This document shows positions 1-11,573 of a DNA stretch of 64,000 bases, one piece after another. A program made the position numbers and the translations under genes. How positions within the stretch are numbered: position 1 is the stretch's first letter; every line of letters begins with the position of its first letter. The notes under the pieces were generated by a model, which saw nothing but the letters and a program-made list of their open reading frames with translations, was not told the DNA's origin and ran no database searches. Origin of the DNA: an uncultured Candidatus Saccharibacteria bacterium (GTDB taxonomy: Bacteria > Patescibacteriota > Saccharimonadia > Saccharimonadales > Saccharimonadaceae). The DNA lies in the NCBI GenBank assembly GCA_938033875.1, contig CALHKG010000015.1, positions 16,393-80,392 on the forward strand, written 5' to 3'.

Positions 1-1365
<1,365 letters not shown>

Positions 1366-1412
1366 ATTTTTAATTGCGCAAATTAGCGTGAGCTTGATGA
1401 TATAATATAAAT

Positions 1413-2831
1413 ATGGCGCAAACATTTTTCTTCTACGATCTTGAAACTAGTGGTCTTAATCCCAGGCAAGATCGAATTATGCAATTTGCCGGTCAGCGAA
1501 CCGATATGGATTTGCAGCCGATTGGTGAACCGTATAATATTCTCGTGACGCTAAATGACGATACGCTGCCGAGTCCTGATGCGTTGATGGTGACGGGCAT
1601 AACGCCGCAAAAAACTGTCGAAGAGGGTTATACTGAGGCTCAATTTGCGCGTATGTTAAGTGAGGAAATATTTACGACTGATACGATTGCTGTTGGATTT
1701 AATAATATCCGTTTTGACGACGAGTTTATTCGTCATTTGTTCTGGCGGAATTTTTACGATCCATATGAGTGGACTTGGAAAGATGGTCGATCCAGGTGGG
1801 ATTTGTTGGATGTGGTACGCTTAACCAGGGCGCTTCGACCTGAGGGAATTGAGTGGCCAATTGACGATAAAGGTGAACCGAGCAACCGCCTGGAGCTCAT
1901 CACAAAAGCTAACGGAATAGAACATGAAAACGCCCATGATGCGTTGGCAGACGTGACGGCGTTGATTGCTGTGACTAAATTGATTAAGCAGAATCAGCCG
2001 CAAATGTACGACTATTTGCTGAAAATGCGCGATAAGAAATTGGTTCAGAAACTGGTGAATGTCGATGATAAAAAACCTTTTGTTTATGCGAGCGGTCGTT
2101 ATGATAAAGAATTCGCCAAAACGACTGTGGCTTTTCCGCTAACCACGAGCCGAAATGGTGGCGTGATTGTTTATGATTTGCGTTATGATCCGACGCCGTT
2201 TGTTGATTTGAGTGTTGAGGAATTGTCGGCTAAGATATTTGCAACATGGGAAGAAAGGCAAGCTGAAGATTTCGTTAAATTGCCAGTTAAGGAATTGCAA
2301 TATAATCGCTGCCCGGCAGTTTCGCCACTTGGTGTGTTGACTCAGGGCGATGGTTGGAAGAAGATTTCTCTGGATGCGGAAACTGTACAGAAGCACCAAG
2401 ATATTTTACTTTCTCATCCAGATTTTGCCGAAAGGCTGCGTAGTATATTTGAAAATAAGCCAGAGTTTAAGAAAATGACCGATCCAGAAGCGCAACTGTA
2501 TGACGGGTTTTTGGATAATAGCGATCGAGTTCGCGTTGAAGCTGTGCGTAATGCTGACAATCGCGAATTGGCTGATTTTCATCCGGATTTTCAGGATGAG
2601 CGATTGTCTCCACTATTGTTACATTATAAAGCGCGAAGTTTTTCTAATTTGCTTAGTGAAGATGAGTTGCGACAATGGGAAGAGTGGCGAACTGGGCATT
2701 TACAGGCGCAAATGCCGCAATTTATGAAATCTTTGCAACGATTGGCGCCTAGTGCGACTGACGAACAGCAGTTTATTTTGCAAGAATTGCAATTATGGCT
2801 GGAGTCGGTTTTACCTCCCGTTGACTCCTGA
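1413..2831 (+). CDS. sbcB: Exodeoxyribonuclease I
   Basis: 472 aa. DEDDh exonuclease motifs (FYDLETSG, GFNNIRFDDEF, NAHDALADV) and near-collinear resemblance to E. coli SbcB (RNFYDPYEW, SRWDLLDV, ALRPEGIEWP). Confidence 0.92.
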   Translation: MAQTFFFYDLETSGLNPRQDRIMQFAGQRTDMDLQPIGEPYNILVTLNDDTLPSPDALMVTGITPQKTVEEGYTEAQFARMLSEEIFTTDTIAVGFNNIRFDDEFIRHLFWRNFYDPYEWTWKDGRSRWDLLDVVRLTRALRPEGIEWPIDDKGEPSNRLELITKANGIEHENAHDALADVTALIAVTKLIKQNQPQMYDYLLKMRDKKLVQKLVNVDDKKPFVYASGRYDKEFAKTTVAFPLTTSRNGGVIVYDLRYDPTPFVDLSVEELSAKIFATWEERQAEDFVKLPVKELQYNRCPAVSPLGVLTQGDGWKKISLDAETVQKHQDILLSHPDFAERLRSIFENKPEFKKMTDPEAQLYDGFLDNSDRVRVEAVRNADNRELADFHPDFQDERLSPLLLHYKARSFSNLLSEDELRQWEEWRTGHLQAQMPQFMKSLQRLAPSATDEQQFILQELQLWLESVLPPVDS

Positions 2832-2849
2832 AATGCGGTTATGTTAAAA
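2821..2849 (+). promoter_or_regulatory. Predicted promoter of first BNR surface-protein gene (TTGACT-N17-TTAAAA)
   Basis: TTGACT 2821-2826, 17-nt spacer, TTAAAA 2844-2849. The spacer end and -10 (TTATGTTAA) recur upstream of the paralog at 4218-4246. Confidence 0.45.
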
Positions 2850-2908
2850 TTGAAGCAATTAGATAAAAAGTGGAATATTAATTAGGTAATTTAAGGAGGG
2901 TGGCTCTG

Positions 2909-4174
2909 ATGTCATTTAAGAGTAGGGGTCATAAACTATATGTGGGTGTGATGGTGTTTATTTCCATGTTTGCACTTTCTTTGTCTGCAATATTAGCACC
3001 GTTAGCCAGGGCGGAAAATGCGCCGCTGTATACTTGGAGGGATATAACTATACCTGGACAGGGGGATATTTCGGAGTCGCGCGTTAGTCCTGACGGATCA
3101 AAACTTTTTGTCTTGCGTAGAGATTTGGCTAGCGGTAGTGTTAATCTTCTGGTCTCTGCGAATGATGGTGCAAGCTGGAGCACTTTTGCTGCACCAGAGG
3201 GTGCAAATGGACTACTAGTTAGCTCCGATGGCTCTAAGTTGGTCGTAAAGGGGAAGTATGGTGAAAATGCCATCTATGTTTCTACCGATGGCGGTCGAAC
3301 TTGGGTTAAGCGTAATTCGTCTGTTCCTTATACTGCGCATGTATTGATGAGCCCAGACGGCTCCACGCTGGCCATGTACTTTGAACATAGTCTCTATAAT
3401 GATCCTATGGCAATATCTACTGATGACGGCAATACTTGGGTTCCAAAGGGATATGAATATCCCGACTATGTCTTTAATGGCGGAAAGATGGCTCGCCGGA
3501 GTAATGACGGTACATTACGACAATCTACCGACTATGGCATGACTTGGTCTGCTATTGGGGGTTCTGCTGGTCGTACTAGCTTCAGTTCTGACGGCAAAAG
3601 TGTGTTCGACGGCTTTCATACGTCTATAGATGGCGGCGCTAACTGGGTTCAATTGCCCGAGTATCCTATACACGACATACGCGATGTCGTGTTGAGCGGC
3701 ATTAGTAACGACGGTAAAAAGCTATTTGCTACATTTGATGGCACCCCAACTGTACCGGTTTTTGTATCTTCAGATGGAGGTAAAACTTGGCAGAAATGGG
3801 GTGACGAGGGAGTTTCTTTCTCATCAGTTTCTATGTCTGCTGATGGTTCTAGAGTATTCGCAACAGCACAATTTACAGATCCAGATTTTAAGTCCGTATA
3901 TCGCCTAGCAATTCTACCAAGGCCTCAGCCTGTAACTCCCGGTGGCATCGGTACAGGTACAGGTGGAACTATCATTCCAGCAACTCCTACCGCTCCATCC
4001 ACAGGCTCTGCGTCTTCGAGTGCTTCAGTCACTACATCATCATCCACTTCTAGTAAGAAACCAGGAAAATCATCATCAAACCTTGCTGAAACAGGAGTTT
4101 CTGTTTGGGTAGTTAGTGGGTTAGCTGTTATCGCCGTTGTAGCTGGCGGATTAGCGCTGAGAAAACGGCTGTAA
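2909..4174 (+). CDS. Cell-surface BNR/Asp-box repeat beta-propeller protein with LPXTG-type (LAETG) sortase anchor
   Basis: Signal/TM segment. Six SxDxGxTW-type Asp boxes (STDGGRTW, STDDGNTW, STDYGMTW, SIDGGANW, SSDGGKTW, ANDGASW). S/T/G/P linker, then LAETG + hydrophobic segment + RKRL tail. Start moved to ATG 2909 (AAGGAGG at 2893-2899); the GTG at 2900 abuts the SD. Confidence 0.8.
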   Translation: MSFKSRGHKLYVGVMVFISMFALSLSAILAPLARAENAPLYTWRDITIPGQGDISESRVSPDGSKLFVLRRDLASGSVNLLVSANDGASWSTFAAPEGANGLLVSSDGSKLVVKGKYGENAIYVSTDGGRTWVKRNSSVPYTAHVLMSPDGSTLAMYFEHSLYNDPMAISTDDGNTWVPKGYEYPDYVFNGGKMARRSNDGTLRQSTDYGMTWSAIGGSAGRTSFSSDGKSVFDGFHTSIDGGANWVQLPEYPIHDIRDVVLSGISNDGKKLFATFDGTPTVPVFVSSDGGKTWQKWGDEGVSFSSVSMSADGSRVFATAQFTDPDFKSVYRLAILPRPQPVTPGGIGTGTGGTIIPATPTAPSTGSASSSASVTTSSSTSSKKPGKSSSNLAETGVSVWVVSGLAVIAVVAGGLALRKRL

Positions 4175-4217
4175 GTCGCGCTCTTTTAAAATCGTTGTAT
4201 ATTTTTATAAGAAACTG

Positions 4218-4246
4218 TTGACATAGCGTATGTGCTTATGTTAATT
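4218..4246 (+). promoter_or_regulatory. Predicted promoter of second BNR surface-protein gene (TTGACA-N17-TTAATT)
   Basis: TTGACA 4218-4223, 17-nt spacer, TTAATT 4241-4246. Shares TTATGTTAA with 2821-2849. Confidence 0.45.
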
Positions 4247-4368
4247 AAAAGCAATCATTACTATGTAGTGGAAACAAACAATAAATTGGGTGAGGGACCA
4301 ATGTCATGTAATATGCCAGAATAGGTATAAACTATTCGTATATAACAAAAACAAATTGGTAGGAAAAA

Positions 4369-5586
4369 ATGTTATATAAAAACAAAATAAAAGTACAAAA
4401 CATATTAAAGAGCGCAGTAGCTTTGATGCTTATGCTCACGCTGTCTTTATCTACAGCTCTGTCGCCACTGGCTAAAGCAGAAGAAGCAAGGTACACGTGG
4501 AAAAATTTAACGTCAGTGCCAGGTTATAGAATAGGAAGTATTTATATTAGCCCAGACGGCTCGAAACTTTTTGCCATGGAGCGGGATGCTGCTCATAACA
4601 TAACAGACTTATGGATGTCTGCGGATGATGGGACTACTTGGAGAAAAATATTTTCGAAGCAGATATTAGTAACAACATTCATGGGTGACGTGTTAATTAG
4701 TACGGACGGGTCTAAGATAGTATTGAGATATGGAGATTATTTCGGCATATCAACAGACGGCGGTCAGAGTTGGACGGATAAGGGACCAGAGCCAGAAGGT
4801 GTGAATGTACGTATTAGCCCAGACGGCTCCTTTTTAGTGAAATGTCTTAATGGTGTTGCTCCCTCCTATACAACCTACATTTCTACTGACGACGGTCAGA
4901 CCTGGACTCAGAAAGGTACTAATAATATATCGTGCCCTAGGTATGTGTCTAACAACGGCACGCTGATCGCTCAAGATGGTGGTGATCTGGCGCGATCAAC
5001 TGATTATGGTCAGACTTGGACGGAAACCCCTGATGTTTTAAACGTGTTCGGCAATACAGCATTCAGTAATAACGGAAATAACATATTTGAGGGAGATAGG
5101 ATTTCGTTGGATGGTGGTAATCACTGGACTCCTTCAAACGCTCCAACCCCAGCTGGTTACGAAGTCTTGTATTTGGATATTAGTGATGATGGTAAGAAGT
5201 TATTTGCTGCTGCTACGTCGATTATTCAGCGCAAATCGATACTTCTTACGTCAGTAGACGGAGGCAGGACTTGGCATTCGGAGGATGATGCTATTAGATT
5301 TTTCGATAGAGTGATTATGTCGAGCAATGGATCTAAGCTGCTTTATGTGCGCAACGATGGTGTCTACCGTTTGGGAACTCTGCCGACATCTCAGCCTGTA
5401 ACTCCTGGAGCGGGTGCAGGTGGAGCCGCTACTCCATCCACAGGCTCTACTTCTGCCACTCCTGGGCAAAAGCCAGGAAAAGCGTCAGGACGTTTGGCTG
5501 AAACAGGAACTTCAACTTGGATGGTTGGTGGATTAGCTGTTGTGACTGTCGCGGCTGGCGGATTAGTCCTGAGAAAACGGCTGTAA
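4369..5586 (+). CDS. Paralogous BNR/Asp-box repeat surface protein with LAETG sortase anchor
   Basis: 405 aa with the same architecture as 2909-4174. Asp boxes SADDGTTW, STDGGQSW, STDDGQTW, STDYGQTW, SLDGGNHW, SVDGGRTW. C-terminal LAETG + TM + RKRL. Confidence 0.8.
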   Translation: MLYKNKIKVQNILKSAVALMLMLTLSLSTALSPLAKAEEARYTWKNLTSVPGYRIGSIYISPDGSKLFAMERDAAHNITDLWMSADDGTTWRKIFSKQILVTTFMGDVLISTDGSKIVLRYGDYFGISTDGGQSWTDKGPEPEGVNVRISPDGSFLVKCLNGVAPSYTTYISTDDGQTWTQKGTNNISCPRYVSNNGTLIAQDGGDLARSTDYGQTWTETPDVLNVFGNTAFSNNGNNIFEGDRISLDGGNHWTPSNAPTPAGYEVLYLDISDDGKKLFAAATSIIQRKSILLTSVDGGRTWHSEDDAIRFFDRVIMSSNGSKLLYVRNDGVYRLGTLPTSQPVTPGAGAGGAATPSTGSTSATPGQKPGKASGRLAETGTSTWMVGGLAVVTVAAGGLVLRKRL

Positions 5587-5590
5587 AAAA

Positions 5591-6013
5591 TTAACTCATA
5601 GATGGAGCGAGCTTTTGAGGTTCGACTTCATGATTAGGCTCGCTCTTTTTCATACTGGAAAGTAGATAAATTGATAATAGAATAAGTTCGCTTTTTTGGT
5701 TTGGCGTAAAGTAGCGGATTTTTCTGTTAATTCGTCGTTGCGCGATTTCGCTGGCAATGTCAATGGACTTCCAAAACAGGACAGAAAGTGATTCTCTGAG
5801 GATGATTGCCAACGGTACGATAATTGCCCAGAAAATAACCATTAAAATTGCGGGCAGGCTGATGTTCGTGAATGGGATTTTTCCTAGGAAAAAGAAGAAA
5901 AATAGCTGGTCGATCACAAAAGGCGCGAGTAGTATCGCTCCGATGATCATAATTAAGTAAATGCCCAGCTTTCTCATAGATCTAACTGTAGCAAATAAGA
6001 TATTGACTTGCAA
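5591..6013 (-). CDS. Hypothetical small membrane protein
   Basis: 140-aa ORF with 3-4 hydrophobic helices. Fills the gap between flanking genes. No recognisable motif. Confidence 0.5.
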   Translation of the reverse strand: MQVNILFATVRSMRKLGIYLIMIIGAILLAPFVIDQLFFFFFLGKIPFTNISLPAILMVIFWAIIVPLAIILRESLSVLFWKSIDIASEIAQRRINRKIRYFTPNQKSELILLSIYLLSSMKKSEPNHEVEPQKLAPSMS

Positions 6014-6098
6014 TCATAAGCGTAATGTGTTTTAACTCTGATTTGCGTCGATATTTGGACTGGAAAAAATTGTCAAAAACCTGTATAATATAGCGGTT

Positions 6099-8912
6099 AT
6101 GACAGAGGTAATTCGTGTTAAGGGTGCTCGTGAGCACAATCTGAAAAATGTAGATATTGAGATTCCGCGAGATCAGCTGGTGGTGATTACTGGGCTTAGT
6201 GGGTCTGGAAAATCTAGTTTGGCATTTGACACGATTTACGCCGAAGGTCAGCGTCGCTACATGGAGAGCCTCAATTCCTATGCGCGTCAGTTTTTGGGGA
6301 CGATGGATAAACCTGATGTTGATTCGATTGAAGGACTTAGTCCAGCGATTTCGATTGACCAGAAATCGACTAGTCGCAATCCGCGATCTACCGTGGCTAC
6401 AGTTACCGAAATTTATGATTATCTGAGGCTTTTGTTTGCGCGAATTGGTGTGCCGCATTGTCCGATTTGTGGCAATGAAGTGACGCGTCGCACGACCGAG
6501 GTGATTATTGACGAGATTCTACGACAATTTGTTGATAAGCGAATTCTGCTATTGGCGCCAATTGTTAAGAATAAAAAAGGCGAGTTTGCGCATATTCCGG
6601 AGCAATATCAGCGACTTGGTTACGCCAGGGTTCGCGTGGACGGCGTGGTGTACGCGCTGGACGAATTTCCGGAGCTGCAAAAAAGCTACAAGCATAACAT
6701 CGAGCTGGTGGTTGATAGGTTGGCGTTGACGGCGGAAATGCGATCTCGATTAAGTCAGAGCGTTGAGCAGGCGCTGGATTTGGGTCAGGGAGTTATCGAG
6801 GTTTTAGACGCGGATAATGATGAAATGAAAACATTTTCGCAGAGATACGCTTGTGTTGATCATCCTGATGTCGATATTCCAGAGCTGGAGCCGCGATTGT
6901 TTAGTTTTAACGCGCCTCAGGGAGCTTGTCCTGTATGTACAGGTTTGGGGTCGAGGTTAGAGGTTGATCCAGAATTGGTCTTTAATAACAATTTGACAAT
7001 TTCCGAAGGCGCAATTCGACCGTATAATCGAATGAATTCTGACGCTTGGAATATGAAGCGATTGGCGTCTGTTGCTGAAGCTCACGGATTTAGCTTGACA
7101 GTTCCCGTAGGCAAGCTTTCTGATGATGTTAAACATAAAATATTATACGGAACTGGCGACCAAAAATATCGCGTTGATTTGGGTGGCGGTCGACATTACG
7201 ATACGACTTATGAGGGTGTTATTCCTAATCTGGAGCGACGCTGGAAAGAAACTGATAGCGATTTTATGCGACGAGATATTGAGCGATTTATGCGCGAGAG
7301 GGACTGCTATGCTTGTAAAGGTGCGCGCCTGAAACCTGTGGTTTTGGCGGTGACGGTTCATGAATTGAATATCGTTGACGTGTGCGATTTGAGTGTTGAT
7401 GACGCGTTGGATTTGTTTGACAATAAACTTCAATTGACTGAGCAAGAAATGATGATTGCTCGCTTGATTGTGAAGGAGATTAAATCTCGTTTGGCGTTTA
7501 TGAGTAATGTTGGGTTGAATTATTTGGAACTAAGTCGAGCAGCTAACACGCTTAGTGGCGGTGAGGCGCAGCGAATTCGCTTGGCGACGCAAATTGGCGC
7601 TGGACTTCAGGGTGTGCTTTATGTGCTGGACGAGCCGTCAATTGGACTTCATCAACGTGACAACGACAAGTTGATTGATATGTTGAAGCGTCTTCGTGAT
7701 TTGGGCAATTCTGTGCTGGTGGTTGAGCACGACGAGGACACGATTCGTCAGAGTGATTTTCTGGTTGATATGGGACCGGGAGCTGGTGTGAATGGCGGTC
7801 AAGTAGTGGCAATGGGGACGCCTGAAATTGTTGCGAAAAATGAGAATAGTATAACGGGTCGCTATTTATCTGGGGCGGAAAAAATTGCCGTTCCGAAAAA
7901 GCGTCGCAAAGTCGTGAAAGATAGAAAGTTGATTGTTCGTGGCGCTCGCGAAAATAATCTTAAGAACATTGATATAGAGTTTCCTTTGGGTTTGATGACT
8001 GTAGTGTCTGGTGTTTCTGGTAGCGGAAAGTCGACGCTTGTGAATGATATTGTGGCGCGGGAACTAGCGGCGGAACTTAATCGCGCAACGACAGCGCCAG
8101 GGTTGCACGACGCTATAGAAGGTGTGAACTTGCTTGATAAGACGATTGTCATAGATCAGTCGCCAATTGGTCGAACGCCGCGCTCTAATCCAGCAACATA
8201 TACTGGGATTTTTACGCCGATTCGCGAGCTTTTTGCCAGCACACCCGAGGCTAACGTTCGAGGCTACAAATCTGGACGATTTAGCTTTAATGTTAAGGGC
8301 GGCCGCTGTGAAAATTGTCAGGGTGATGGTGTGATAAAAATTGAAATGCACTTTTTGCCGGACGTTTACGTTCAGTGTGACGAATGTCACGGCAAGCGTT
8401 ACAATCGCGAGGCGCTAGAGATTAAGTACAAAGATAAGACTATTTCCGATGTCCTAGACATGACGATTGATCAAGCGGCGGAATTTTTCGACAGTGTGCC
8501 GAATATTTCACGTAAATTACAGACATTGGTTGAGGTTGGGCTTGGCTACATTAAGCTTGGCCAGCCAGCAACCACTTTTTCGGGCGGTGAGGCGCAGCGA
8601 ATTAAATTGGCAACGGAACTCTCCAAGCGCTCCACTGGAAAAACTATGTACATTCTGGACGAGCCTACGACTGGACTTCATTCTGCCGACGTGAAACGAT
8701 TATTGGGCATTCTACAGCAATTAGTCGAGGGCGGCAATAGTATGATTATCATTGAACATAATTTGGATGTCATAAAGTCGGCTGACTGGATAATTGACAT
8801 GGGGCCTGAAGGTGGAATCGGTGGCGGTACAGTTGTAGCTAGCGGTACGCCTGAAGATATTACCAAGGTTCCAAATTCGTTCACTGGCAAATATCTGAAA
8901 AAGATGCTTTAA
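6099..8912 (+). CDS. uvrA: Excinuclease ABC subunit A
   Basis: 937 aa. Two ABC ATPase modules (GLSGSGKSS, GVSGSGKST; LSGGEAQR twice) and Zn-finger Cys clusters (CPxC, CxxCxGxG). Confidence 0.97.
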   Translation: MTEVIRVKGAREHNLKNVDIEIPRDQLVVITGLSGSGKSSLAFDTIYAEGQRRYMESLNSYARQFLGTMDKPDVDSIEGLSPAISIDQKSTSRNPRSTVATVTEIYDYLRLLFARIGVPHCPICGNEVTRRTTEVIIDEILRQFVDKRILLLAPIVKNKKGEFAHIPEQYQRLGYARVRVDGVVYALDEFPELQKSYKHNIELVVDRLALTAEMRSRLSQSVEQALDLGQGVIEVLDADNDEMKTFSQRYACVDHPDVDIPELEPRLFSFNAPQGACPVCTGLGSRLEVDPELVFNNNLTISEGAIRPYNRMNSDAWNMKRLASVAEAHGFSLTVPVGKLSDDVKHKILYGTGDQKYRVDLGGGRHYDTTYEGVIPNLERRWKETDSDFMRRDIERFMRERDCYACKGARLKPVVLAVTVHELNIVDVCDLSVDDALDLFDNKLQLTEQEMMIARLIVKEIKSRLAFMSNVGLNYLELSRAANTLSGGEAQRIRLATQIGAGLQGVLYVLDEPSIGLHQRDNDKLIDMLKRLRDLGNSVLVVEHDEDTIRQSDFLVDMGPGAGVNGGQVVAMGTPEIVAKNENSITGRYLSGAEKIAVPKKRRKVVKDRKLIVRGARENNLKNIDIEFPLGLMTVVSGVSGSGKSTLVNDIVARELAAELNRATTAPGLHDAIEGVNLLDKTIVIDQSPIGRTPRSNPATYTGIFTPIRELFASTPEANVRGYKSGRFSFNVKGGRCENCQGDGVIKIEMHFLPDVYVQCDECHGKRYNREALEIKYKDKTISDVLDMTIDQAAEFFDSVPNISRKLQTLVEVGLGYIKLGQPATTFSGGEAQRIKLATELSKRSTGKTMYILDEPTTGLHSADVKRLLGILQQLVEGGNSMIIIEHNLDVIKSADWIIDMGPEGGIGGGTVVASGTPEDITKVPNSFTGKYLKKML

Positions 8913-8914
8913 GA

Positions 8915-9565
8915 CTACTTTTTACGCTTGGTTTTCGAGAGGAGAACCGACAATTGTTTTCTTAGCAAAGCGCGAGTATTCGGTTGTTTCAAAGCATGAA
9001 TAACCATTGGTGAGATAGACAGGAAAATAATGAGGATTGCTGCAACTTCAATATTTACGCCTGCTTTGGTCAAAAACTCGCCAGCGTAGAAGCCTAGATA
9101 AACGAATGCTGACGACCAAAGAAATCCACCGATAAGATTGAAAGTTAAGAAAGTTTTATAGTGCATTTCACTGGCGCCGGCAACGATTGGGGCGAAGGTT
9201 CTTACAATTGGTACAAATCGAGCCAGGACGATTGTCGCTGAGCCGTGCTTGTCGTAAAACTTTTCTGTTTGCTCCAAATATTTTTTCTTGAAGAATCGGG
9301 AATTTTCTTTTTCAAACAGCTTGCGTCCAACTTTGTGACCAAAACTATAGCCAACACTGTCGCCCAGCACTGCCGCCGCAAAAACCAAAAGCGCAAAAAT
9401 GTGAATATCAATGTGCTGAGGATTTTGCTGAACCATGTATCCAGCAGTGAAGAGTAGACTGTCGCCGGGTAAGACGAAACCAATCAGTAGACCGGATTCT
9501 GCAAAAACTACCAATAAAATTGCGAATACGCCGAAGCTAGTTATCAAGTTAACAAAAGATTCCAT
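8915..9565 (-). CDS. DedA/SNARE-associated family membrane protein
   Basis: 216 aa. Typical DedA motifs (LPGDSLLFTAG, RFVPIVRTFAPIVAG), multi-TM. Confidence 0.85.
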   Translation of the reverse strand: MESFVNLITSFGVFAILLVVFAESGLLIGFVLPGDSLLFTAGYMVQQNPQHIDIHIFALLVFAAAVLGDSVGYSFGHKVGRKLFEKENSRFFKKKYLEQTEKFYDKHGSATIVLARFVPIVRTFAPIVAGASEMHYKTFLTFNLIGGFLWSSAFVYLGFYAGEFLTKAGVNIEVAAILIIFLSISPMVIHALKQPNTRALLRKQLSVLLSKTKRKK

Positions 9566-9602
9566 AGCTTAATTATAACATAATTAGCGTATGCAGATTG
9601 AG

Positions 9603-11375
9603 CTATTCTTCAATAAATCCGCCAGATTGTCGCGCCCATAATTTGGCATAAACACCGCGTTTTTTATTGATGAGATCGTCATGTGATCCGTCCTCGACGA
9701 TTTTCCCATTTTTCAGGACAATTATACGATCCAGCTTAGCAATTGTAGATAAGCGATGGGCAATGACAATTGAGGTTCGATTCTCCATCAACGTTTCCAG
9801 GGATTTTTGAATCAACGCTTCTGACTCAGAATCTAGCGCTGAAGTCGCCTCGTCAAGGACTAGAATTGGCGCATCTTTCAGGATTGCCCTAGCAATTGCA
9901 ACTCGTTGTCGCTGTCCGCCAGATAATTTAATTCCGCGCTCGCCAACCATTGTGTCAAAACCGTCTTTAAGTCCAACGATAAAATCGTAAGCGCCAGCTT
10001 TTTTGGCGGCTTCTTCAATTTCTGCGTCTGTTGCATCGGGTCGACCGTAAGCGATGTTTTCGCGTACGGAGCGGTGGAATAGCAATGGCTCTTGCGGTAC
10101 GTAAGCGATTTTTGCGCGCAGGCTTGCTTGAGTGACTTCGGAAATATCTTGTCCGTCGATGGTGATTTTTCCCGAGTCAATATCAGCGAAGCGTAATAGC
10201 AATTTAGTGAGCGTCGTTTTTCCAGAACCGCTCGCTCCGACTAAACCTATTTTTTCACCCGGTTTAATCTCCAGAGAAAAGTCGTGGAATAGAGTGTCGC
10301 CTTGACCTTCGTCGTGCGTGAAAGTTATTTTATCCATAGAAATTTCGCCGTTTGTAACTTTTAGTTTTGAATCGCTTTTATCAATCAATGTTGTTGGTGT
10401 TTGTAAGATTTCTACCATGTCATTTGCGTTGCCGATAATTCGGTTGTAATTGCGCATAATTCCGTTCATGTTCCACAACTCACGAGTGACGCTACTGGTA
10501 TATGTAATAATAAGATAAACCGCCGCTACTGATATTAAATTATTTTGAGCTGCATATACTGCGAAAGCGGCTGCACTAACTTTCATAGTCATACTAATAG
10601 AGGAATATACAGTGCTAATCTTCAGGAATCCACGCATTACGTCGAGGCTCGAGTTTCGCCAAGAACTGACGGTTTTTGTGAAAAATTTCTGTTCTGTAGA
10701 TTCGGCACCAGACGACTTGACCGCTAGAATGTTTGAGATTACGTCGGCTAATTGTCCGTTCAATTTATTGCTGGCTTTGGCTTCTTTTTTTGTCAATTTC
10801 GCCATTGGCTTGGATCCGTAATAAACGACAAGGCTGAAAACGATTGAGAAAATAAGCAAGAATAATGCGTATTGCCAAAGGAGAGTTGACAGGACAATTA
10901 TTGAACCTACTAGTGAAATAACTAGCGGCAAGATTGACCAAATTATCGTGTCCCAAAAACGTTCTACCGCGCCGACTAATTTATTTGTTTGGCTAACGAG
11001 CGATCCGCCGAATTTATTTGAATGGAAGAATAATGTTTGGTTGGTCAGTTTACTGAAGCACCGAGCGTATAAATCTCGCTGCATGGCGGTTTCAAATGTC
11101 CATGCTATATATGTAATTAACCTATTACCAATAACAGACGTCCATAATTCACTGACGCCATATAAAGCAATTAGCGTCCATAGGCTTTTCGTGTCGTGTA
11201 GCTGATTGTGCTGGATAATGCTAAGAAGCTGGGCAATTATAAGGGGTCCTGCAAAAAGATTCATTGCTACTGTGAGTATTGTAAAAAATATTGCCAAGTT
11301 TCGGCGATGTTTGTACGGCTCTGATGTTTTCCAGAATAGACGAAATATTTCTTTGCTGTTCGGTTTGTTTTTCAA
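9603..11375 (-). CDS. ABC transporter, fused permease/ATP-binding protein (MsbA/exporter type)
   Basis: 590 aa. Six-TM N-terminal domain, Walker A GASGSGKTT, signature LSGGQRQR, Walker B ILVLDEATS. Confidence 0.9.
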   Translation of the reverse strand: MKNKPNSKEIFRLFWKTSEPYKHRRNLAIFFTILTVAMNLFAGPLIIAQLLSIIQHNQLHDTKSLWTLIALYGVSELWTSVIGNRLITYIAWTFETAMQRDLYARCFSKLTNQTLFFHSNKFGGSLVSQTNKLVGAVERFWDTIIWSILPLVISLVGSIIVLSTLLWQYALFLLIFSIVFSLVVYYGSKPMAKLTKKEAKASNKLNGQLADVISNILAVKSSGAESTEQKFFTKTVSSWRNSSLDVMRGFLKISTVYSSISMTMKVSAAAFAVYAAQNNLISVAAVYLIITYTSSVTRELWNMNGIMRNYNRIIGNANDMVEILQTPTTLIDKSDSKLKVTNGEISMDKITFTHDEGQGDTLFHDFSLEIKPGEKIGLVGASGSGKTTLTKLLLRFADIDSGKITIDGQDISEVTQASLRAKIAYVPQEPLLFHRSVRENIAYGRPDATDAEIEEAAKKAGAYDFIVGLKDGFDTMVGERGIKLSGGQRQRVAIARAILKDAPILVLDEATSALDSESEALIQKSLETLMENRTSIVIAHRLSTIAKLDRIIVLKNGKIVEDGSHDDLINKKRGVYAKLWARQSGGFIEE

Positions 11376-11538
11376 ATCAATTCCTTTCGATAATAAATTA
11401 ATATTTATAAACTGCGCAGAAAACTGAACGTTCTTAATTATTCAAAATGTATATTAGAGGAACTCGCCAGCGGGAGTTCATAGACTTTGATTATTATAGG
11501 GAATATATAGATATAAGTCAATTTGTGGAGCAAAGGCC

Positions 11539-11567
11539 TTGTTTATTTATTGTAAATACTTTACAAT
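11539..11567 (+). promoter_or_regulatory. Promoter of Fur-family gene with embedded 8-3-8 inverted repeat (candidate operator)
   Basis: TTGTTT 11539-11544, 17-nt spacer, TACAAT 11562-11567, ATG 6 nt later. Perfect palindrome ATTGTAAA-tac-TTTACAAT at 11549-11567 overlaps the spacer and -10. Confidence 0.5.
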
Positions 11568-11573
11568 AGGAAC

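Noticed and set aside
5982-6458. 158-aa minus-strand ORF.
   Set aside because: It overlaps the uvrA promoter and 5' end, is rich in Arg and Ile, and has no signals.
11459-11480. Hairpin GAACTC-gccagcgg-GAGTTC in the ABC-transporter/Fur spacer.
   Set aside because: There is no T tract on either strand, so it cannot be assigned as a terminator or a known regulatory element.
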